DNA of 64,000 nt from Callorhinchus milii (lineage: Eukaryota), in NCBI RefSeq assembly GCF_018977255.1, contig NW_024704742.1, positions 5,768,001-5,832,000 of the forward strand, given 5' to 3'. Position numbers and translations under genes: made by a program. Of this stretch, positions 12,617 through 26,096 are shown in pieces; within the stretch, counting starts at the first letter, position 1, and every line of letters begins with the position of its first letter. The notes below the pieces were generated by a model, which saw nothing but the letters and a program-made list of their open reading frames with translations, did no database searches and had not been told where the DNA came from.

Positions 12617-15587
12617 ATCTCTCTGTGGGGTCTGTTTGGGTTCAGACATCGCCCACTTCATTCCTGCCTTGTGAGTTGCTCTGCTGCTCTGTAATACACT
12701 GCCTGTAATCCTTTCCGTCAAATAAATGTTCCTTTTGTAGGTAGTTTTCCATTACACACATTCCTGACTGATGAAACATGGAGTCACAAGCAAAAGGACT
12801 GGAAAGAATTGTAAAAATCAATGTAATGCTTTTATGCTGCCTGTGTTTAGTACACCATCCAAGAATTAAAACAAATGGGGCACTTTATGGAGCATAAACA
12901 CCGGTATAGATAGACCAGTTGGATCGAATGGCCTCTTTCTGTGCTGTATGTTCAATGTGGAAAAAAAAGGGCTCTCTTCATATTATAGGATGATTGGCTG
13001 CAGATAAGATAAGTAGAACTGAGGGCATGAGGGACATGCAGAAGGGCGGAGGTTGAGGATTGGGCATTTTATAATTGCAAGTTTGACTAAGACTTCAGGC
13101 TTAGAGAACCAAGTGAAGTAGATCTTGTCCTGGGTTATAAATAAGTAGGTAAAGGCCTAAATGTTGTGTTTGATCTGTGGAAGGAATGGGTTTGATAGGT
13201 CGATGCCTTTTCCTCATTGAATCCTCGCTGACGTTCCTTAATGATCAATCGGTAACTTCGTAGAGCAGTAAGGCTTAACATTGACCTGCTGTTTTCCACC
13301 GGAGCTGTTTGTCAGTAGCTAGGATACTTCCCCGCCCGGTTTTATCTTTGAGGGTGGGAAAAGTTAGCAACAAGAGTGTTTTGTTTTCATACGATTTTCT
13401 GGAATTTCAAGCCGGGCTCTGCCAACCACGCAAGCCCAAAGCACATAAAAGCCTCTTTATTCAGGTCACTTAGCTTTCCTATTGCCACAGCATTGAAAAG
13501 ATGTCAGCAGATAATGTGCAAAGCTAATTGTTCCAATTTTCTCTCCTGATAATATTGTCTCGTGCTGGGGTGGGAATCCACATGTGTGGAGTCTGTTTGC
13601 CAATACCACATGACCTGTTTTTTTTTCTGTTTAAGCCCGAACCTGTGCGGGTTGGCAAGATTCCCAACTATAAACCCTGGGTCAGAGGTTTGTGGGTTCA
13701 AGCCCCAGATCACTCCAGATAAATTGGTCACTGACTTCCTGCTGTTTGCCGGCCGGACATTGCTGGCCGTCAAAACGATTGTCCTACATCGTAATGATGA
13801 ACTCAAAAGTCCCAACACGGGACTCGAACGGGTCGCTGACCTTTCAGCCCTGAAACGTTAACTCACTTTCGTCTCTCCATAGATGCTGCCTGACCTGCTG
13901 AGTGTTCCCAGCGACTTCCGTTTTAAATCATTGTTCTGATGGTGCGGTGTTTTGAGCGTTTGTGAAGGAAACCCTGCTGGTTCTCTCTGACAGAGTAAAC
14001 GTTCAGCTCCTTCTTTAGAGTTAATACAGTTGGCAGCAATTTGGGTCATGGGGGGGAAAGGAGGCTTTACAGACTTTTCTACTCTTTCTCCTTTCCTTCT
14101 CCGCTGGGTTAAAGAGTCTCAAGGTCACCAGCTTGAGGTAAACTCATGTGCAGAAAAATAATTTGCTTATTGATGTGTAAAAGATTAGAGAACTTACGTT
14201 AATAAGAACATAGCCAAAGTAAAGGATGAGTTCAAGCTGTTAGGTCATTGACGTTCATCGAGTGTTACCCTGTAAGACCTGAATGTCCCTGAAGCTTTTG
14301 CCTCACCAACAGTTAAATATTTATATAACAGAACTTTCCTACAGAGAACGCAACCGCAGGAACCTCCAATCCTTGGTCAGTTAGTTTCTCATCTGTCCCC
14401 GGGAGGGTTTCCCAGTTTCCAGTTATATAAATGTAAAATTGTTGGGGCAGTGGGGCGGGGATTGTTCCCACTCAGCTCCTGTTAACCCTGCAAGCCAAAG
14501 GCCTAACGGGTAGGGTTGTCGTAGCTGGACAAACAGCAGGAAAGCTTGGCAAACAGTGCTCTCAATGACAAGTCATGTAGTTTTAGACGGTTAGACACCA
14601 GCAATTACCCCCAACACACAGTCTGGGTTCGCCAAGCCTTGGCTCTTGCCAACCTGTGCCTGATACTTTCTGGAATTCGGGTTCCCTCCAGGGAGAGAGT
14701 GTGCATTCCACTACAGCATGGGTTTCTGCATGTGTCAGACACCCAGCTGACCCCCCAAAAAACATTTTTGGTTTGTGATTATAGCTTCTGGCTGTGATTT
14801 CCCGGTTATGATTTCAGGACGTGAGTGAAGTGATGAGTGATCATCAGTGTCCAGCTTTCAAATTAAATTAATGTAACAAATTCATACGGTCTTTAAGTCG
14901 TTTCGCAAGCCACTTTGTGAGTCTGTCTCCATTTGCTGCAGCCTCCATCAGATACCTTCTGTATTTCTCAATTGTGCAGGACTGATGGTAAAGGAGTGAC
15001 ATTTGTGGGACTCTGCTGTACGCAATTGGCTGCGACGTTTCGCCCACAAAGTATACAGTCATTTCACTTTGCAGTATATCCTGTGAAGCGCTTTGAGACT
15101 TCTCGAAGACGTGATAAGGCGCTATATCAAATGCAAGGATTAATATTATATTATTATTATCTACATTTCTAACCTTTGTGAATCACAAAATATCCTCCCT
15201 ATTCTCATTTTTCCTCAAGGGCCATCTAACACTGATGGTAGCACAGCACATTAACTGGGCAGCAGGTCAGTGTAACTCCTGGGACAATCTATTTGCCTGA
15301 GCCTTGGTGGTAGCTCCCACTGTCAGCATGGTGGGGAGCAGAGAGAGGAGAGCTTGTCATATCTCTGCATTTGCAGCAGAAGGTGAAATCATGGTTGATG
15401 GTTACACATTATTGTCCTGGTATAAGTTAAACCATGAATGTACATAACAAATAGCCATAATGTACAGCAGAATGACTGTTAGTGGCAATTGAAGTAGTAT
15501 TAATAGAACATTTCAAAAAAGAACTGGATACTCACCATAAAAATAAACACATTGAGAGGTATGTGGAAAGAGCTGGATTGTGGAATT

Positions 15588-15925
15588 AATAATAATAATC
15601 CTTGCATTTGATATAGCTCGCGCCTTATTAAGTTGTGGAGTAACTGTATTTTGTGGGCAAAACACGGCAGTCAGTTTGCACACAAAGGTGTCCCACAAAC
15701 AATCAGTGAGTGACCAATAATATTTGGGGGATTATTGGCTAAGGACACCAGGAGAAGCTCCCTTCTCTTTTCAAACAGTCCTAAGAGATCTTTATCATCT
15801 ACCTGAACAGACAGATGGGACCTTGGTTTAACGTCTCATCCAAATGACGGCACCTCCGACAATGCAACCAGATCAGAACCCACAACCCTTTGACTTCGAG
15901 GCGAGAGTGCTACCACTGCTCCAAA
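15588..15925 (-). mobile_element. Deu-domain-type SINE (older family, different tRNA head)
   Basis: Minus strand cagtggtagcactctcgcctc...gtcggaggtgccgtc..ggatgagacgttaaaccaaggtccc, then a Deu-like core and the same tail. Related pieces at ~4585-4847 (+), 54375-54560 (+) and 57345-57562 (+). Confidence 0.75.
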
Positions 15926-17375
15926 CTGACGTACAATAATAATAATAAAAATGAGTTGCAGTTCATAGTTGCTGAATGTCCTCCTTGGGTGTTGAAATTG
16001 TCCATGGGACTGCATGATCCAGCTTTGGTGAATAAACTGTAAGTGACACCTGTACGAGAGCAAATGAACATCAATATCCACAGACTAATATATGGACTAT
16101 CATATTGGGCTGCGAGGTCGGGAATGTATTTTAGCTGCGCTCAGTGTATCAGGGATTGCATTTTCAATCTTTAATTTTAGCATCATATGCAAGGATTATT
16201 ATTGTAAGTTATCTCTACAGAATAATAAAGGGTAAAGAGTCATTTATTAAGCCCTTCCATCTGCTACGTTGGTGGTAGGACCACCTGATCTGATTTGCTG
16301 CCTTACACTAATTGGTGGTGGTTGAAAATTGCCCTGGGAAAAACAGCTTGGAAATAAGATTCTCTTCCAGGGAAACCCATGTAAGTCGTGATGACTCACA
16401 GGATTTCAACTCTAACCTAACCTGAACCCAGTCCTCATCTGTCAGTGCGATGTACATGCAAGGAGCTTCCTGGAGGAAACTCACTTATTCCTCGATTTCC
16501 TCTTTTTCAGACTCTATTGACGCTGACATTTTCCTGGTAAATCCTGTTTCAACCTCTCGTTTGCGAGTAACCAACTGCAAGTTCACATTCAATAAGCAGA
16601 GTGACGGTTGCTGCTCGTTCATTCAGGCTGTCCTCGTGTAGTGACCGCACAGAGCCATCAGTTTGCCTGTGTGGTAGAATAGCACCTCAGTGCAAACTGC
16701 CCCACATCTCCAGTCTAATACCCGAGTCTAATTTCATGGCTGAAGTGTCCTGCTGTGGCTCAGTCAGGATGGTTATTAATCACTCCAGTTTTCTTTGTGA
16801 GTTCTGAAGCCCACTGAATTCCCAGGTGACATTAAGGCCTCGTAATTACTCCTGAGTATCTATTATTCATGTAATTCACTGCCAGATGTCAGGTTTCCTG
16901 TAATAATGTACTATTTTTAGATAGAATACCATGACCATGGCTAATAACGTTTCCATAAATGCGGGTCTCTCTTAACGATTGAGAGCCTACGTGGACTATG
17001 GACCTACTGGATGTATCACATGCAAATTGTTCAAACACTGATCTTTCACTATTTGTTCACAATTACCTGATAACTCTTCAAGGCAACGTGAAAGGCGCTA
17101 TTTCAAATACAACGATTATTATAAATTAGGATTTCCCTTCATTAAGAAGTAAGGAAACGCTTGTTTTATCCAGTGACCAGCATGTGATACACCATATAGC
17201 GTGAGTGCGTCCCAGGTTTATGATATTGCATATTGTCCTCTGTGCAATATTACAGAGCCCCACAGAGGGTGATCTGTGCAGTTACAGGATTAATTTTCTA
17301 CATTCCTTTCATATTTACATTGCTGGAGGGTGCTGTGGTTCCAGGTTGAAGGGCCTCAGGCCCTCATTTTGTTTT

Positions 17376-17582
17376 GAAATAAAAACGGAAATCGCTGGGA
17401 ACACTCAGCAATTCAGGCAGCACCGATAGGGAGAGAAAATTGAGTTAAAGTTTCAGGTCGATGACCTTTCGTCAGAAATGTTAACTAGCATTCCTCTCTC
17501 CGTAGATGCTGCCTGACCTGCTAAGAGTTCCCAGCGACTTCTGTTACATTTGAAATTTCCAGCATTTGCAGTGTTTTGCCTT
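17376..17582. mobile_element. Same hairpin element family; intact CUGACGA...GAAA core on the minus strand
   Basis: Inverted arms; minus strand reads ttCTGACGAaaggtcatcgacctGAAActttaact. Confidence 0.75.
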
Positions 17583-17847
17583 TCGTCATCTTGTTTTGAT
17601 GTGAGCTTGAGCTCACTCTCTGCCCACACTCTCCTTTGTGGCTCACTCAGAATATGGTCACAGTGGCAGCTGTAGCTCTCTGGTACCTTGGCAAACGTCC
17701 ATTATTTATGAGTGGATCTGGATGGTGGATGTTGGTGAGGTGTTTGACAGTGCAGCTGATCCCATCCTGATCCCCAGACACACCAGGCATTGCTGGATAA
17801 TGATCAGGAGTGGGATTGCCGGCTGCTCCTTGTTAAATCTTTCCCTT

Positions 17848-18410
17848 CAGCTGGAGTATTGTGTCCAATTCTGGGCACCACACTTTGGAAAGGATATCAA
17901 GGCCTTGGAGAGGTTGCACAAGAGGTTTATCAGAATGGTACCAGGGATGAGAGACTTTAGTTATGTGAAGAGACTAGAGATGCTGGAATTGTTCTCCTTA
18001 GAGCAGAGACGGTTAAGGGGAGATTTTAATAGAGGTGTTCAAAATTATGAAGGGTTTTGATAGAGCAGATGGGGAGAAGCTGTTTCCACTGGCAGGTGGG
18101 TGGGTAACCAGGGCACATAGATTTAAGATAATTGTCAAAAGAACTAGAGGGGAGACGAGGAGAATTTTTTTTTAACATAGAGAGTTGTTATGATTTGGAA
18201 TGGACAGCCTGAAAGGGTGGCGGAAACAGGTTCAATAACAACTTTCGAAAGGGAATTGGCTAAGTACTTAAAAAGGAAAACTTTGCAAGGATATGGGGAA
18301 AGAGCAGGGGAGCGGGACTGATTGGGTAGCTCTTCCAAAGAGCCAGCACAGGCACGATGGGCTGAATGGCCTCCGTCTCTGCTGTAATATTCTGTAATTC
18401 TATGATTCTG
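17848..18410 (+). mobile_element. CR1 3' fragment
   Basis: QLEYCVQFWAPHFGKDIKALER...LFSLEQRRLRGD; ends in an attctgtaattctatgattctgtga tail. Confidence 0.9.
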
Positions 18411-21400
18411 TGACTCAAGCCAGTTGGGATCAGGAATCTCTGTGGCCGTCAAGCCAGGGACCTTGCTGATGTCCGTGGTTTGAGCGTGTTTACTTTGTCA
18501 ATTGCCTAGACAGTGTTTAAAGAAGTGGTTTTATCTGTTCACAGAAAAAACAGAGACCCGCAATATCTCATTGGCTTACTCTTAAGACCACGTTCTAAAA
18601 ATTAAGATTGTTTAGAATTTTAGAAATATCTTCATTTGGTAGCAGTTTTTAAAAATAACTGACATGAATTTAAGCATTTATCAAACCACAATAATTCGTC
18701 TAAATTTAAATACGATGTCCTAATGGTAAGACTGTGAGATATTTCAAACCTTAAGAATCCAGAGAAGAAGAGCTGGTCTGTCTGAGAAACCCTAGAGAGT
18801 GCTATTAGTTTCTACACATTAAACATGTGCGGAGCTGTGAATACAAGCACTCTACATAGTGTCTGGTTGTACAGTGAGTTAGTTACAAGTGACATCTCGC
18901 TTTCTCCATGCAACTGCTGTTGATCTTGTCTGGGGAGTCAGACAAGGGGTGGACTACTCTACATGTCGTTGCTCTCATGTGTACTTATAATGGGATAAAA
19001 TTATATTTACAACCCCGGCAGGATCTCCAGTGCAGTCCTGGGAGGACATTGCATACTCAGAGGTGACATTTTTCTGGGTCAGGCGAACCTAGACAGTCTA
19101 TGTGTTTCAGGTGAGCATTAAAGATCTCATGAAATTATTGGAAAAGAGAAAGGAATTTCTCCTGGTGTTCTGATGACAGTGCTCCAGCTGATAAATTCCT
19201 GACCACGTGTGAGAACTTGCTATGCCAGATTGGCTGCCGAGTTTGCCTCCAAATATACATACATTAGAGATTTAATGGCTAATGGTTTTGTTGCTTTTTG
19301 GCTTACACAACAACAACAACAACAAATTACATTTGTATAGCGCCATTAATGTCAGAAGGACATCCCAAAGTGATGGACAGTCAGGGATCGGCACCCGAAC
19401 TGGCGGTTGGGATCAGTACAACATTTAAGTGTTAAAGAGGTGGCTTCACAGTGGGCATGTCTATTTGCTAAGGCCCCTCGGATGAGGACCTGGATGAAGC
19501 AGCTGGTGCTGAGTTCGACTTGGCTGGCATGTCACAAGCTGTCCTGTAAAGGTCCTCCCACTACACTGAAGGCAGATGCCCGCCAGATAGTTGATGAGGA
19601 AACTCTGAAGCTTGGGGCAACAGCTGCTGGAAGGTGTTACCTGGAGTGCAGGGTAATGAACATGTTCAGATATCGGGGGCTTGGTATCTAGAGGCAGCAG
19701 CTACTGCTCGAGCTCCGCAACTCCCAACTTGTGGAATTGCCACTCAGTGGGTGGGATGTAGTCAGGGATTGCAGCCTATTGAGTGTGGAAATCTGCTGTC
19801 TACCTAGTGACTGCTCAAACATGTGCATGTTGGATGTTAAATGAACTCCTTAGGTGAGCAGGTAAAACAGAGGCTCCTTGGAGGCAGCTGAGTTCCAAAG
19901 AGATCCGCTCACCCCTTCCATGTGTGTCAGAAATCCAACTTGAGTGGGCTACCAGAGGGTAACCAGCACCTGGGGAACCCACCCCAGTATTAGGTGGCAG
20001 GAAACCTGGAGCAGAGACATATGACGATGGAGAGAAAAAATAGAAAATGATTGGAAACATTCATTTTTTTAAAAATTATACACGAAGACGGTTGTGACTT
20101 GTGTGTGTTTGTAAAGGCCTCAAGTACCTGATGTCTGGCAGAGTCTGTTCGTACAGTCGCCACCCAATGAGGGAGAGGATTTGACAGGGTACCCCACAAC
20201 GAAAGTCCGGTCACTGAGCCCCAGCATATGGTGAAGCACAGACCATGATATTGTTGTACTCCTGACACCTCCTCGTATTTACTTTAAAAGTGGCCAACGT
20301 CTATTCTGGAAAATATTTGGTGCTATAAATATAGGAATGCAAAGATGACAGAATTTGATCTTGAAACAAGAAAGGAAAGCACTTCTCTGCTGCTCTTATC
20401 CCCAGCAAATAGGATGCCCCGACTGGAGAGTCTGAGCAAGATGTGACTATTTACTGTGCTCTAGATATGGCTGTAGTGAGAGGGAACCCAGATGCAGGGC
20501 TGCGGGTGCAGAATTCATAGCTCCAGAGAATTTACATATGACTGTTCTAACCTAACCCTTGTCTTGACAGACAGCCAGCGGCGGGCGGACTGGCTATACG
20601 GGAATTCAGGAAATTTCCCGAGGGTCCCTGTGATTTTACATTAGCAACCTGAGCCCTTTCGGGAAGCCAGTCCACCAGCTCACGCAGCCACACTAATCTT
20701 TTTGACGTGTGTTTGCATTTTAACTAAATAGCTCAAACTGAACCTCCGTTGTTATTAATGCTGTAGAATTTCGTACGCAACAGAATTCCTCCAGGAATGG
20801 TTTTACGTACGTTGCAGCTTGTCTCGAGGAGAAGGGGCGGGGTGGGGGGAGAATATAACGGCATATTGTAGCTGCAGAATGATTAACTTCTCCCTTAAAT
20901 ATTTTCTTCCTGTCGCGGCCAAGCAATGATCCTGGGATTTGTCAAGACGGTCTCAGGCTGGATGGAGCCTTGTGCTGTCCTGATCAAGGCTGAGTACAGG
21001 AAGCTCTGATAACAGCATTGCTGTCCTGTGGGATGATGATTTCTGCCAGGAAATATTTCAATTGAAGCTCATTTGCAAAATCATTACAATAAGTGGGCAG
21101 CTTATAATACCTGGCACCACTGCAGTTTAGAGATTTTGTACTCTTCTGTTAAGTGAGTACCTTTGAGTTCTCTACGATGTCTAAAATAAATATCCTACAG
21201 AAATATTGTTGTCTGCAAAACAGATGATCGCTCCACTTTACTACACTCGACACAAAATAAACGATCACTACACTTTACCACGACTCCTGGGAAGCACGTT
21301 GAGACGTCTTCTTGACGCGAAAGGCACTATGCCAATCGTAAGCAATATTATTATCCTCTGTGATCTTACAAACAACATTGTTTTTGTCCCGAGTTGTGCA

Positions 21401-21733
21401 GAGATCTTGTTTACCGTGTGCTGATTAAATGAGTGTGGGTGGATTGCACGTTTGTGTGTTGGGTCAGAAAGGAAGTTGAGATATAAGGAAGTTGTTTCAC
21501 TGTGCAGTAGAGAGAGGAAGAGATGGGAGACCTCTGAGAGCTTGGAATTGTGTGGCAGCCTTACTCAGTAGGACCAGTGGAAATAGCTTCTCTCTATTTA
21601 CCGTATCAAAATCCCTCATAAAGTTGTACACTCCTATAAGATCCTTCTTAACCCTCTCTGTTCCAGTGAAGATAGACCCATCTTCTCCAATCTGTGGAGA
21701 AGAAGAGTCTATGTGGAGAAGATGGGTCTAAGT

Positions 21734-22115
21734 GGAGTCCTGTAGCTCAGTGGTTAGAGCACTCGCCTCGCAAGCGAGAAGGCCTGGGTTCAGTTCCCGG
21801 CAGGGAGTAATGTTGGGCAAGTTTCCTTACTCCACACGCCTCTGTTTACCCAGCAGTAAATAGGAACCTGGTTGTTAAGCGTTTAGCAAATTACTTTTAT
21901 GGGGCTAATAAAAAAACTACCAATAATAATTTGGTCATTCAATCCACAACTGAATGTGGGACACTGCTGTGTGCAAATTGGCTGCCGCAGTTAGCTTACA
22001 AAATGCAGTCAATCCACTTTACAGTATATCCTGTGAAGCGGTTTAAGGTGTCCTCCTGAGGTGAAAGGTGCCATTATTGGAAAGTATAAGAATTATTATA
22101 TTGTTATTATATTAT
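21734..22115 (+). mobile_element. Full-length tRNA-derived SINE (long subfamily)
   Basis: Same head, plus an extra internal segment cctctgtttacccagcagtaaataggaacctggttgtt, core and tail. Confidence 0.88.
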
Positions 22116-23461
22116 CATTAACCCTTCATTCAGTCCCAGCCCATTTCCTGAATGACTCTGACTTTTTTTTGTCTTTTTCTCTATTAATCTTCCTTTTTCC
22201 CCCTCCCCACCCCCTCCTCTCCCCCAATGGGATAGGATTTGGCCCCTTTCACTTCTCGTGAGGTTCAACTCAATGAGCTCCTTAACCTTTCTTCTGCTGT
22301 GAGAGCCTTGATATTGAGTATTGGCCTATTATATTACCATGAGACCTTCATAGTGCATTCCTTCCCTCACTCAAAATCCATACAATTTTGAGGCACGGCT
22401 CAATGCCGTGAGGACTGACTTATCCGAGGCCAATTATAGCCAACTACAGCTCTGGCTGAGATTAACTAACTCAAGTTGCTATCTGTGTGGCTCCACGAGG
22501 TGGGAAGAGAAATGGGGTTTGATGAGAGATTTCATCAGTTGCCACACTATAGTATTTCTGTTTTCTGATCCTGAACTGTTTGTACGCCAGTAATAGCGTT
22601 TCACTTTGTATCTAATAATAATAATCCTTGCATTTTTGTATAGCACTCCTTATCACGTTGAAATGTCTCAAAGAACTTCATGGTGATTGCTATTAGGTAT
22701 AGTGATTTTTTTTTGCTCTCTCGCCTCCTCAAAGCACGTCTCAAGACCCTCCTCTTCAACCGCGCCTTTGGCCACCCTCCTGCCCTCCACCGTCACTGAT
22801 CCCCCCCCCCGCTCGGGTCCAAATCCCTGACTGTCCAGCACCTTGAGATGTCCTCCTGACGTGAAAGGCGCTGCACAAATGTCAGTTGTTGTTGTTTTAA
22901 GCCTCTGTATTGCAAACGTATAAAATAGATGGTCAATCCTTTAGTTGATGTCATTTCCTGCTTTGTGCGTGCGCAGCAAACAGGAAATGATGTTAATGAC
23001 AACCTGGTGTCCAGGGAGGGGCACATGTTCCCTTTAGTTCAGTAGCCAGTGTGTGCGTGGTGTGAACGGTGACTCCGCCCGCGCATGTGTCGTGACACTG
23101 GCCGTTGTGCCTACTTATCTCAACCATTGCATTATAACCAGACTCTGCTATGTCTTCCTTCTAATAATAATAATAATCACTGCCTTTGATATAGCTTTAC
23201 TGCTTTATAATAAAACGTGGTTTGATCTAACATTTTATCAAGTCAAACAACCTTCTGAGCCAGAGGTGAGAGACGTCCCATTCCTGACTGACGCGGATTA
23301 TCTGATGTAACTTAACGTGTTATATCCCCCAGAATGGAAATAGCACTGCTGCTCGTCTTCCTAACTCCAGTCAAAGTATGGGTCTCTGATTTAGAAACGC
23401 TTTGAACCGAATGCCCTGCCGTAGACCTAATGTCTGTCTCTCTCTCTCTCTCTCTGAACAG

Positions 23462-23592
23462 GGGAGCTGCTGAGCCAGGCCAGGCCTGAAGGGATCACTG
23501 AGATCATCTGTCCCAAGAACGGGAGCGAGCGTGTGAACGTGGCCCTGGTCTACCCGCCGACTCCCACTGTGATCAGCCCCTGCTGGCAGTGA
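23462..23592 (+). CDS. MFHAS1: MFHAS1 coding exon 2 (GELLSQARPEGITEIICPKNGSERVNVALVYPPTPTVISPCWQ*)
   Basis: (CT)n polypyrimidine tract and aacag acceptor ending at 23461. The phase matches exon 1, and the peptide matches the MFHAS1 C-terminus as I recall it. In-frame TGA at 23590-23592 overlaps a possible donor CA|gtgagc. Confidence 0.93.
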
Positions 23593-24269
23593 GCAGCCTC
23601 ACCAGAGTCTATGCTCTTTACAACTCTGGTCACATATTTGACAGGCATCAAAGACTTAGCGAGAATAAGGTAAGTGTTGCGCGGTTTAATACCAGTCCCG
23701 ACGGCTGCATGTGCTCTTCAAAATACAAACTCGCTGTTACTTGTGTGATGCTTCTTTCTCAGTCGAAGGGGGGCAGACGAATGACTAGTTTATGCTTTGT
23801 TCACACGTGATTTAGGGCCCATGGTTTGTTCAGTAAATATCCTTATCAACTGCAGACCTGGTGCAGTAACTGAGACCGTGTGTGCACGTGTGTTTGTAAC
23901 CGTAGAGACAGAGATTGATGCTGTTCTGCTAATAGTGCTTCTGGCATTCAGAGACTGACTGCTGTGCAGACAGGCATCAACATGGTGACTACAACAACAA
24001 CAGCTGGAGGCTGGTAATTGCAGCTCCAGTGACGTGCTCCTGCTCTGGTGTCTGTTTAATGGGGCTGTAGTTAACCAGAGCTCATTTGATATTTCGAACC
24101 TGTCGATCCGAAGCCCCACGACAGGACTGGACGTCAGTCTAGGCCGACATTGCACAGCGAGAAACACTGCTGCGTTGGAGCTGCTGTTTTGAGGTTGGGT
24201 TAAACTAAATGTCTTGTTCCTCAGGTGACGGTATAGCAGACAATCATATATACAGTACCTCCACCGTGT

Positions 24270-24990
24270 CCCCTCTCAGCTTCCTGAGCTCCAAAGAAAA
24301 GAGCCCCAATTTGTCAAGCCTTTCCCTAGAACTATATTTTTTCACTCCAGGCAACATGCTGTACCATCACATTACCAGTCCTCTGTGCCACTTCCACCTC
24401 CGCTTCTTTCCTATACTGAAGAGCCTAAAACTGCACACAGCATTCCAACTGCAGTCTGACTATTGTTTTGTACAGATTTCTCCTTGTATCCTAATCCTCT
24501 GGCTATAAGTCCCGTTGACTTTTTCAAAGGCCTTACCCACCTGGGTCACTGCCTTCAGTGCACTCCTGGATCCCTCTGTTCTTCTATCCCTTTTAAGCTG
24601 TAGTTTTTTTTTCTATGTTTATCCTCCTGAAATGATCTACCGTACACTTTTTTTCATTGAACTACATCTGCCACATGTCTGCCCCTTCAGCCTTCCTATC
24701 AGTATCAACCCGTGTTTTATTTTGATCCTCCTTAGTATTTACTAATTCCCCTACTTTTGTATCCTCTGCAAACTTTGAGATTGCTCCCTCTATTCCTAGA
24801 TCCAAATAATTTATATACAAGGTGAGACATAGTGGCCCCAGAACAGGTCCCTGAGAATCAATCACCACATCTATCCAATTGTAATAATTATCTTTAACCC
24901 TTACTCTTTGTTTTCTGCCACTTCTGTATCCATTCTGCTATTCTTCCCATTGACCCCATATGCCCTGACCTGAGCCATAAGTCTTTTCTG
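24270..24990 (-). mobile_element. Decayed CR1 RT fragment
   Basis: QGPVLGPL..YINYLDLGIEGAISKFAEDTKVG on the minus strand. Confidence 0.8.
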
Positions 24991-26096
24991 TTGTACTTGG
25001 CAGTAATTATTGTAAATGTGAAGCACTGTGTGACATTTCAACATTATAAACACTATCAAATACAAGCATTATTATCCACCGCACGCTGTAAACCTGTATG
25101 AAGAGGCTTTACTCAAGCTGAATGTTTTTCCCCCGACGGAATTCTACCGGAAGTTAATTTCAGTTTTTCTGGCTTGGATCCTTCCAGTAGGATCTAAACC
25201 AGTAAACCTGGAATTAACAGTAACAACTGCTGGCCAACGGTAAGCCATTGGATCCAATGCTTGGCAATTACTTTAATTGGTACGGAGAGTGGTGTATAGA
25301 GAGGTAAACAGCTACCGATGAAGCTCTGCACTTGTGGTGGTGGAACTAGTGGAACCATTGCTCAATGGGTGGGGATTTGGCTCTGAGCTATGAGCAGGAG
25401 GTGGCAATGCTGATACGCATTTCATGCTGTGCTCCCTGGGGACGTCCTCCCAACTTGAAAGGCGCTGTATAAGACTTCTTACCCCCCCACCCCTCAACAC
25501 ACTACCTGCTGCCTCCGTTCGACTGGCTCCATCCTTCTGCATGTCCCTTGTGCCCTCTGTTCCGCCATCGGTGGCCACGCTTTCAGCCACTGCGCCCCAA
25601 AACTCTGGAACACTCTTCCTCTATCCCTCCGCCTTGCCCCTTCCTTCCCCATCTTCAGATCGAGCCTGAAGACCTTCCTATTCGACCGCACCTACGGTCA
25701 CCTTCCCCTACCCCCAACTCGGCATTGTGCTGCTCCACTGACAATCGCCCTGGGACACTACCCTCCATGAGGGACACTATATAAATGCAAGCTGTTGCAT
25801 ACTCTAAAGTGGATTGACGGTGTATTTTGTGAGCAAAGTAGACAGGTGGAAGTTTATGGAATAAGACAGAGCAGCGGGATTGAAAGTGCAGCTTTCTCTG
25901 AGAGTCAAACATGTTCCTACGTTCATCCTCCCTTGGGAATAACAGGTTCCTCAACGACCGCTGATGGGGAACTCGCTGACTGGTGCCTGGCCACGATGTA
26001 GATAGTTTTGCCTTTTTTATAGGTCTGTGTACAACAGGTTTCACGAAGATGATGGTGGAACAGTGTCTGTAACAATGTAATGTCTTCTCTTTCTAG

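Noticed and set aside
20575..20680. Short inverted ends ggactggct/agccagtcc suggesting a MITE
   Set aside because: Single degenerate copy in the window with no clear TSD; cannot be supported.
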